Assembly: GCA_038141785.1 (NCBI GenBank)
Contig: JAYQIT010000015.1
Coordinates: forward strand, 102,024-166,023
Direction of reading: 5' to 3'
DNA: 64,000 nucleotides
Source: Luminiphilus sp.
Lineage (GTDB): Bacteria; Pseudomonadota; Gammaproteobacteria; Pseudomonadales; Halieaceae
The notes below the pieces were generated by a model. That model had not been told where the DNA came from. It searched no databases and worked only from the letters and a program-made list of their open reading frames with translations. Position numbers and translations under genes: made by a program. Below, one piece after another: positions 10,642 through 18,628 of this stretch. The first letter of the stretch is position 1. Every line of letters starts with the position of its first letter.

Positions 10642-12096
10642 TTAGGTTGGCTCTGTGGCGGCTGTCGACTTTATTGTCGCGTAGGCTGCGAGTGCCGACT
10701 CTCTAGCCGCCTTATGATCGACAATGGGGAGAGGATACGTTTCTCCCAATTTAACGCCCGCTGCTTGCAGGGTAAGGTCGGGAGCCTCCCAGGGTTTGTG
10801 CAGAAATTTGTTGGGTAGCTCGGCGAGCTCGGGTACCCAGTAGCGGGTGTAAACCCCTTCTTTGTCGAATTTCTCCCCCTGAGCCACTGGGTTAAAAATC
10901 CTAAAATAGGGTGACGCGTCCGCGCCTGAACCACCTACCCACTGCCAGCTGCAGGCGTTAGATGCGAGGTCTGCATCGAGCAGCGTGTCCCAGAACCATA
11001 ATTCGCCTTGGCGCCAATGCGTAAGTAAGTGCTTGGTGAGAAAGGAGGCCACCACCATGCGCACGCGGTTGTGCATAAAGCCCGTCTGCCACAGTTCGCG
11101 CATGCCGGCATCGACGACGGGGTAGCCAGTTTGACCGCGTTGCCAAGCGCGTAATGTTGGGTTCTCACCCTCCCACGGAAAGGCCTCAAACTTGGCGTTA
11201 AACGGTTTGTCGGGCATCTCAGGAAAGAGTGCGAGCAAGTGATTACAGAATTCGCGCCAACCAATTTCGCTGAGAAACTTGTCAATGGCACCACTTTTTT
11301 CCGGGTGTGCTTGGCGGTGATGTTGGGTGGCCCACCACACCTGGCGTGGCGATATCTCCCCAAATTTGAGGTAAGGCGATAAGCGAGAGGTATTGGTTTG
11401 ACCGGGGGTGTCACGCCCTTCGCTGTAGTGCTGGACTCGATTGTTGAGAAATTGCGCCAAGGCGGTTTGTGCGTGGTTTTCTCCCGGCTGCCAGAGTGCA
11501 TCCCAGCCTGCGGCCCAGTTGGGCGAGCTGGGCAATAACGCCAACGCGTCAAGTGCGGTGGAGTGAGGCTTATGGCTATGAAATTCGACCTGCTCAATGG
11601 CAATAGGTAGGTCTGGGTCTGGGCCGCGAAGACAAGCGCGCCAAAAAGGCGTAAAGACTTTAAAGGGCGTGCCGGCGCCGGTGGTCACACTGCCCGGTTC
11701 AAAAAGCAGGGTACCGGGGTAGCGTTTGAAGCTTGCACCTGCCTTGTCTGCCATTTCACGCACAGCGCGTTCAAGCCCTTCTGACCAGGGTTGGTATTGT
11801 CGGCTCGCGAAAATGCGGCGAGCGCCGGTCTCGGCTAATAAGGCCTCTAGTACCGCTACCGTTTCGCCTTGACGAATAATCAACTCACCACCAAGGGCCT
11901 TTAACCCTTGGGTTAACGCCTGAAGACTATGGTGAAGCCACCATTTGCTCGCGCCACCCAGTGACCAATCGCCGCCAAGTGATTCATCAAAAATGAAAAC
12001 GGGTATCACGGCTCCCGCTTTAGCCGCTGCCTGTAGGCCGGGAAGATCGTGGGTTCTTAAATCGTGGCGGTACCAAAAGATTACGGGGTCGGACAT
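10642..12096 (-). CDS. phrB: Deoxyribodipyrimidine photolyase, class III CPD-like
   Basis: WYRHDLR, TSRLSPYLKFGEIS, GWREF, MHNRVRM, WQWVGGSGADASPYFRIFNP. Confidence 0.95.
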   Translation of the reverse strand: MSDPVIFWYRHDLRTHDLPGLQAAAKAGAVIPVFIFDESLGGDWSLGGASKWWLHHSLQALTQGLKALGGELIIRQGETVAVLEALLAETGARRIFASRQYQPWSEGLERAVREMADKAGASFKRYPGTLLFEPGSVTTGAGTPFKVFTPFWRACLRGPDPDLPIAIEQVEFHSHKPHSTALDALALLPSSPNWAAGWDALWQPGENHAQTALAQFLNNRVQHYSEGRDTPGQTNTSRLSPYLKFGEISPRQVWWATQHHRQAHPEKSGAIDKFLSEIGWREFCNHLLALFPEMPDKPFNAKFEAFPWEGENPTLRAWQRGQTGYPVVDAGMRELWQTGFMHNRVRMVVASFLTKHLLTHWRQGELWFWDTLLDADLASNACSWQWVGGSGADASPYFRIFNPVAQGEKFDKEGVYTRYWVPELAELPNKFLHKPWEAPDLTLQAAGVKLGETYPLPIVDHKAARESALAAYATIKSTAATEPT

Positions 12097-12942
12097 ATGG
12101 GATCCTGTTGGTAGATATCACAGAGTCGGTCAACGGCGTGGACAAAATGGTCAAGGGCGTTGTTGTTAATTTTGAGGGTGGCAAGATCGTCTGCGCGAGT
12201 CAGACCTTCATTGACAATATAGATGGGCAAGTTGCGCTGGTACGCTTGTTTGCAAAATCGGTACCCCGAGTACACCTGCAGTGAGCTACCGATAACGAGT
12301 AGGGCGTCAGCACGATTGATAGCTTGCTGACAAACATCCACTCGGCTACGAGGGATGGAACCTCCGAAAAAATACCACATCGGGCATGAGCAACCCACCG
12401 CACGCAGCACAGTCGACGACAGCGATGCCGGCGACCTGATGGTCACTTAGATCGGCATCGCCATCTGGCTGTATTTGGGCGGCATAAGCGCAGTGCTGCG
12501 GGTTACGTTGTTCAAGCAGGTGCTGAATTTCTTCTCGTTGATAGCCCGCGCCACAATCGAGACATAGCACTCGATCGAGCCGGCCGTGTAAGTCGACGAC
12601 CCGCTGGCTGCCGGCCCGCTGATGTAAGCGGTCTACATTTTGGGTAATGATGAGCTCAACCACGCCCGTGGCCTCTAGTCGAGTGAGCGCGAGGTGGAGG
12701 TTGTTGGGTTTGGCGTCTCGAACACCGGGCCAACCTGCCATAGACCTGCCCCAATAGCGCTGTCGACGATGCGCTGACTGAATGAATTCGTTATGTTGGA
12801 TGGGTTGATTGCGTAACCAGTGGCCACCGGCATCGCGATAAGTTGGAATCCCCGAGCGAGCGCTAATACCCGCTCCGGTAAGCACTACAATGCGACGATG
12901 CTGGCTTAAAGAAGCGAGCAGTTCTTCCATCGGTCTAGTCAT
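12081..12942 (-). CDS. NAD-dependent deacylase, class II (SIRT4-like) sirtuin (frameshift ~12370)
   Basis: TGAGISARSGIPTYR, RQRYWGRS, TQNVDRLH, two CxxC pairs, PDVVFF, GSSLQVYSGYRF. Confidence 0.9.
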
Positions 12943-12949
12943 AGGGTTG

Positions 12950-12976
12950 ATACGTAGAAAAAGGGCAAGCGGTTGA
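12950..12976 (-). promoter_or_regulatory. Putative ECF-type promoter of the sirtuin-photolyase operon
   Basis: TCAACC-N16-CGTAT on the minus strand. Confidence 0.4.
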
Positions 12977-13043
12977 GGGGCCTCGGACGCTCTCGGTTGC
13001 CATGTTTGATTTCAGGAACGCGGTTTTAGTCAAAGGACAGGTC

Positions 13044-13933
13044 ATGCATATTCTGGTTACCGGTGGCACCGGTTTTATTGGCTCAGCGCTGATCCCAGCG
13101 CTGGTTGATCGCGGCGATAACGTCACTGTGCTGAGTCGCCGTGCACATGTTTCAACGCCCGCCGTCACCTATGTATCGTCATTTGACGATATCCCTGAGC
13201 AGGTCGACGCGGTGATAAACCTCGCCGGTGCATCGCTGGCAGATAAACGTTGGTCCGCGCGTTACAAAAAAATCATGCTGGCGAGTCGAGTGGAGACAAC
13301 CGAGCGATTGGTGGCTTGGATGCAAGCGCAGCCGACACCCGTGAAGATGCTGCTCAGCGGTAGCGCTATTGGCTACTACGGCAGTAGCGAGACGTCGGTA
13401 TTCACCGAGCAAAGCCCCTCGGGCTCGGATTTTCAGCCGATCTTTGTCAGGCCTGGGAGCAAGCTGCCAAGGCTGGGGTATCAGCGCACACCCGCGTTGT
13501 GCTGTTGCGTCTGGGCGTAGTGCTCGATGCTGGAGGCGGCGCGCTTGTCGAGATGCTACGCTCGTTTAGTGTCGGCGTCGGTAGTTGGGTGGGCTCGGGT
13601 CGCCAATGGCTTAGTTGGATTCACCGTGGCGATGTCGTTAAGGCAATTTTGTTCTTGCTCGATAACGAAACGATCGCAGGTCCAGTAAATCTTGTGGCTC
13701 CCGAGGCTGTTACCCATCGTGAGTTTTGTGCTGTTGCTAGCCGAGTGAAACGGGTGCTATTGCAATTGGGGGTGCCTGGCTTCGCCCTAAAACTGATGGT
13801 TGGCGAGATGGCCGAGGAGTTACTGCTGAATGGACAGCGTGTGCAGCCACAGGTGCTTGTCGATAACAGCTTCCGCTTTGCGCACTCAACGCTCGAGTCT
13901 GCACTGCGCAGTAGCCTGACACCGTCAGCATGA
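13044..13933 (+). CDS. TIGR01777 family NAD-dependent epimerase/oxidoreductase (frameshift ~13430)
   Basis: ILVTGGTGFIG, INLAGASL, GSAIGYYG, LRLGVVL, SWIH, GPVNLVAP, LLNGQRVQP. Confidence 0.9.
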
Positions 13934-14004
13934 ATAGCGTCAGATAACCCGTTTGGCTCGACTAACCAAGCGGCAGTTCGAGAGGCGCATGCCAGACAGT
14001 CGGG

Positions 14005-15306
14005 TTAGCTGCCGGTGTCCGAGTACTCGTCGTTGTAGTCATCGTAGGCTGCCTGAATTGCGGCCTGGCCCTTGAGCTTTTTTAGTGCGGAACGCTCTAA
14101 CTGCCTGACCCATTCGCGGCTCACCCCCATGCTGTCTGCAATCTCAGCGCGCGATAGCGGCGGGCCGTCATGCAATCCCCAGCGGGCAACGACCACCCGG
14201 CGCTCCGAACTTTCCAGTGAGTCCACTGCCTGGGCTAAAAAACGATTTAACGAGGCCTGTTCAGCTTGACCCTCGGTCGTGCCGTAGGGATCACCGGCTA
14301 TGGTGTCAATCATTGAGCCTTCGTCATCATCGAACCGAGGTGCATCCAATGAAACCCCGAGGTTTCGTAGTTGTAACAGCTGGCGAGTCTTTTCGACGTC
14401 CAACCCCACTTTGGCGGCGAGGGTTTCCTCATCGGGTTCGATGCCCGTGCGGGCCTGTTCAATCGCCTTTTCTCGATAGAGTTTGCCCATTTGCTCTTGT
14501 ATGTGGGTGGGGAACCTCACTAGCGTACCCACGTCACCCACGTAGCGTCTCACGGCCTGGGTAATCCAATTAAAACAGTAGGTGCTAAATCTAAAGCCCT
14601 TTTCGAACTCAAATTTCTCTGCGGCCCGTATCAATCCAAGCGTTCCCTCCTGAACCAAATCAAGGTAGGAGACACCTCGGCCCTTATATCGAGCCGCAAT
14701 GGAATACACCAAGCGTAAATTGTGCATGACTAGCGCATCACGAGCGCGAGTATAGGCATTGAGGTAAACCCGTATAACTTTCAATGTGTCCCGCTCGGGT
14801 GCGAGTGGCATCACCGGTGGCACCCATTGTCGCTCCCAAGTAGCGATAGCGTCGGCAACACTGTCAGGGAACTGGCCTCCCGAGCGGCGTAACATGGCCA
14901 CGGCCATACCAATCGTCAGGCTCGCAGGGATATTCAGATTACTGATCCGAGTATGGCGAGCCTTGGCCGTTTTCACGGTGAGTAATGATTTAGCGGCAGC
15001 TTCCGAGGGTTGGGCGCATTCACCGTCTTTGAAATAGGCAGCCAGCTCTCGACGAAGGACAAAGTGTTGCTCACGATTGGCGAAGCGGCCTATTTCGGGC
15101 GGATTATCCAGGCACTGCTGGAAAAAACTCTGGCAGTAAGTGGTGAGCGCCGCATCAGCAGCAAAGAGCTCATGTAGGTTGCGCACGGACTGCCATTTTT
15201 TACTGTCGATTTCGCGCTCTTGTTCTGGCGTGAGCAATGGATAGCGTCGAGCCTCGGCGAACATGAGCTCGAGGTCTCTGTCATCGTTCTGGTCGAGGGT
15301 TTCCAT
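14005..15306 (-). CDS. Atypical RpoD/RpoS-like sigma-70 factor (regions 1.2, non-conserved region, 2, 3, 4)
   Basis: YPLLTPEQE (1.2), HNLRLV..IA..Y, DLVQEGTLGLIRAAEKF, RFSTY, VSLDAP, GVSREWVRQLE. Confidence 0.92.
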   Translation of the reverse strand: METLDQNDDRDLELMFAEARRYPLLTPEQEREIDSKKWQSVRNLHELFAADAALTTYCQSFFQQCLDNPPEIGRFANREQHFVLRRELAAYFKDGECAQPSEAAAKSLLTVKTAKARHTRISNLNIPASLTIGMAVAMLRRSGGQFPDSVADAIATWERQWVPPVMPLAPERDTLKVIRVYLNAYTRARDALVMHNLRLVYSIAARYKGRGVSYLDLVQEGTLGLIRAAEKFEFEKGFRFSTYCFNWITQAVRRYVGDVGTLVRFPTHIQEQMGKLYREKAIEQARTGIEPDEETLAAKVGLDVEKTRQLLQLRNLGVSLDAPRFDDDEGSMIDTIAGDPYGTTEGQAEQASLNRFLAQAVDSLESSERRVVVARWGLHDGPPLSRAEIADSMGVSREWVRQLERSALKKLKGQAAIQAAYDDYNDEYSDTGS

Positions 15307-15340
15307 GTCAGTCTAATCACATTGTCTTGGTTAATAACAA

Positions 15341-15477
15341 GTACGCATGGTCGAACAGCTTGGGATGCCTTTTTTTGGACAATGTTCAGGTTGTGTATGA
15401 ACAAAACATAGACACAAACCGAAAATAGATAGATCTAAACCGGGCTCGCCCGCGTAAGTCTGGACAAACCACCGACA
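15341..15477. promoter_or_regulatory. Divergent promoter region with CarH-type TnnACA repeats
   Basis: TGGACA 15376, TGAACA 15398, TAGACA 15409, TGGACA 15461, CCGACA 15472; GCATCC-N17-CGTAC (minus) and AGATCT-N16-CGTAA (plus). Confidence 0.55.
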
Positions 15478-15496
15478 AAATTTAGGAGTCGGCCTT

Positions 15497-16504
15497 ATGA
15501 ATGCCCCAGTACACACGCCTACCTTATTTGAGCCCCGACCACTCTATGGGATCGGTACCGTCGCTCGTTTAACGGGGTTGAAGCCTGATACGCTCAGAGT
15601 CTGGGAGCGCCGTTATGGCCTGGGTGCCAGCTACAAATCACCGTCGGGTCGACGTCAGTACACGCAATCGGACCTTGAGCATCTGCAGCTTATTGCGGCG
15701 CTGGTGCACGATGGTGCCCGAATAGGTGAGATTGCGAGTTCGGAACGAAAAACGCTGGAGTTACTGGTAAAGGGGCGCGGCAAGCATTTAAGCAAGCAAC
15801 TGCCGCCCAGCAAACCTCGCGTTATCTTTATTGGCGCTGAAATATGCGGTTGGCTAGATGAGCATCAGGGGTGCATTTCCAACGTCAGTGCGCTGCTAGT
15901 GCGCCAGTCCCTGCCAGCTGTGTTGGATACCCTCCATAGCGACGAGGCTGTGGCGATGTTAGTGGTAGATTGTCCGTCGTTATCAACGACGCAAATGAAT
16001 GCCTTGGAAGCACTCAGCACTCGCTTGGGGTCGCCTCAGGTTTTGGTAACCTATCGACTGGCCAATGACCGCTGGTTGGAAGAACTCAATAGGCGGGGAG
16101 CGGCCGCGCTGGAGTTCCCCTTGGATCCTGCGCGACTGGCCTATGAGATGGGGCGAGTGGTGGTTGCCAAGGAAGCCTCTCAAGGTGAGTTTGATTTGGG
16201 AGAGCTCGTGAAACCTAAGCCCCGCGCCTACGGTAACGATGAACTCGTTGCGGCAGGACAGTTGAAGAGTGTGCTCAATTGCGAATGCCCTCGGCACATC
16301 GCTCGGCTTATTCAGTCTCTGGTTGAATTTGAGGAGTACAGCACCGAGTGCTCGGTGGAAAACTGGCAAGATGCGGCGGTACATTCATGCATCTACGCAT
16401 ACACCAATCAGGCTCGATATTTAATGGAAAAAGCCCTTAAAGCGGTGGTTGATGAGCGCGGTATCGAGTTTGAGGCCTTGCTCAAACAGGCTGGCAAGGT
16501 GTGA
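15497..16504 (+). CDS. MerR-family (CarH/LitR-like) regulator with C-terminal CECPRH domain
   Basis: YGIGTVARLTG..TLRVWERRYG..GRRQY HTH; C-terminal CECPRH..FEEYS..C..DAAVH. Confidence 0.88.
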   Translation: MNAPVHTPTLFEPRPLYGIGTVARLTGLKPDTLRVWERRYGLGASYKSPSGRRQYTQSDLEHLQLIAALVHDGARIGEIASSERKTLELLVKGRGKHLSKQLPPSKPRVIFIGAEICGWLDEHQGCISNVSALLVRQSLPAVLDTLHSDEAVAMLVVDCPSLSTTQMNALEALSTRLGSPQVLVTYRLANDRWLEELNRRGAAALEFPLDPARLAYEMGRVVVAKEASQGEFDLGELVKPKPRAYGNDELVAAGQLKSVLNCECPRHIARLIQSLVEFEEYSTECSVENWQDAAVHSCIYAYTNQARYLMEKALKAVVDERGIEFEALLKQAGKV

Positions 16505-16655
16505 AGGATGCAATCATTAAGCCGGGCGATGCCGGCACTGTGGTAGAGCGATCACCGTGCCGTGGCTGCACCCGAGCGTGTCCCAACTACGATAAGTGCG
16601 ACGGCAAACCGTGGCGCCAGCCCCCCCAGACTCCACCAAATTGAGAGGGGCCGAC

Positions 16656-18006
16656 CTAGCCAATAGATCGTACGAAGATGGTGCCAATAATGACTGGGCA
16701 CACAACGCGCACGTAGAAAGGCCAGATACGCCAAAACCAACCGCGATGGGCAGCGGGGTCGTTTTTCTTTAGCTCCTGCAACAGCGAGTCTCTGTGCCAT
16801 ACCCAGCCAGCATAGACGCACAGCATAACGCCCAATAGTGGTTGCCCGTAGCGTGTACTCAGGCCCCACCACCAGTCCAAACAGCTGCTCAAAATTCAGC
16901 ACAACCGCACAACTGAGCAGGCCAATGGCAAGACCGGCCAAAAGCGCTGCACGCCGGCGTGTCCAATCGAACCGCTCAACCAAAAACGCAACCGGCACCT
17001 CAAGCATTGAAATTGATGATGTCAGCGCCGCAATACTCATGAGCCCAAAGAAGGCGGTAGCCACCAGCGAGCCAACTGTGCCCAGTGTAGAAAATAGCGC
17101 GGGCAGGACCGTGAAAATTAGCGTGTCCTCAGAGAGTAAAGCGCCAGACGCATCAAAAATCTCAACCCCGCGGGCTGCGGCCACGTACATGGCGGGCAGA
17201 ATTAAGAATCCGGCAAGGACGGCTAGCCCCACGTCAATCAAGGCGACTTGCACACCGATAGACGGTAGATGCTCTTCATCGGATAGATAAGAGCCGTAAA
17301 TCAACATGGTGCCTACGCCAAGCGACAGCGAAAAAAACGCGCTACCGAGCGCCGCCAGTACTAAATCGCCTGAGAGCACCTTACTAAAGTCGGGTAGCAG
17401 GTAGACCGCAAGCCCTTCCATAGCGCCATCCAAGGTAAGTACGTAGGCGCCCAAGACCACCATGGTGACAATGAGTGAGGGCATTAGACGGGTAGACCAG
17501 CGCTCGATACCGTTATGCACGCCCCCCATAATAATGCCGACCGTCATTACCATGAATACCGCCATTAGCGATAGGTTGCGAGGAACGGCAAAAGTCGTCA
17601 GCCAGTCGGCAGACGTTTGCATGCCCATTGCCGAGAGTGGATAGGCCGCCGTGAAGCCCAGCATCCATCCGGCGACGATGGCATAAAAACTGAGAATGAG
17701 ACTGGCAACCACGATACCGGCAAGCCCCGTCGAGGCGCCTATGGCTTTGGTGATGGGGCTTGCCGAGATCCGGGTAAGGGCAATGACCGCGTTTCCATGG
17801 GCGTGTCTGCCTAAAAGCAGTTCCCCCATGAGAACGGGGTAGGCCAGCAAAAACACTAGCACCAGGTAAACCAGAACAAACGCCGCGCCGCCGTTGGACG
17901 CCGCTTGTGTCGGGAAACCCCAAATATTACCCAGGCCCACGGCGGATCCCGCCGCTGCCAAAATAAAGCCCAATCTCGAGCCAAATTGTCCACGTGCTGC
18001 TGCCAA
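16656..18006 (-). CDS. Sodium-dependent neurotransmitter:sodium symporter (SNF/NSS) family transporter (frameshift ~16860)
   Basis: GFILAAAGSAVGLGNIWGFP, GGAAF, AFFSLSLG, AALTSSISMLE. Confidence 0.92.
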
Positions 18007-18122
18007 GGGTCCGATCCTCGTTGGAGTTGCAAAGCTAAAAACCGCACTCTACCACTGCTGACAACCTTTTAGGCAACTCGGACTTTCATATTCGCCATGG
18101 CATGGTATGCTTCGCGCCCGCT

Positions 18123-18210
18123 GCCCGAGTGGTGAAATTGGTAGACACAGGGGACTTAAAATCCCCCGGCCGTTAAGGCTGTGCCGGTTCAAGTCCGGCC
18201 TCGGGCACCA
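18123..18210 (+). tRNA. tRNA-Leu (TAA)
   Basis: GCCCGAGTGGTGAAATTGGTAGAC, GGGGA-CTTAAAA-TCCCC, long variable arm, ACCA end. Confidence 0.97.
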
Positions 18211-18628
18211 CTTTTTTACAGCAATGCCTGGCCCATGCTGTGTTTTCTGAGGTCACCATAGGATCTCCCTCACGTGGCCGTCTCTACCCCATTCCCGCGA
18301 GATGCTATTTTCAGTGGCGGCTAATCGCGTGCCCGCACAACCACTCTTTCAGCGCATACATCGCTAGCTTGCGTCTCGGCTGGGGTCGTCTATTTTGCTC
18401 GCGCTGTCTGGTGGTTGCCCCGAGCCAATGATTCACTACCCAAACTGGGCGAAAAAACAAGCGCTCCAAGGGTTGACAATGGCTGTCGGGTCGCGATTAA
18501 TTCGAGATTAGTATAAAAATTAGCCGAGCTGGTGCATCGCGGTGCATAAAAAGTCCGTGACGCTCGGAAGAAAAAGTCGGTAAAAACCGGCATCACAACT
18601 AAAGAGAGCCACAAACTAAGGAGTGTTT

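Noticed and set aside
18211-18570. Possible riboswitch or Fur box upstream of the TonB receptor
   Set aside because: No recognisable cobalamin or TPP riboswitch core or GATAATGAT-type box could be identified by eye.
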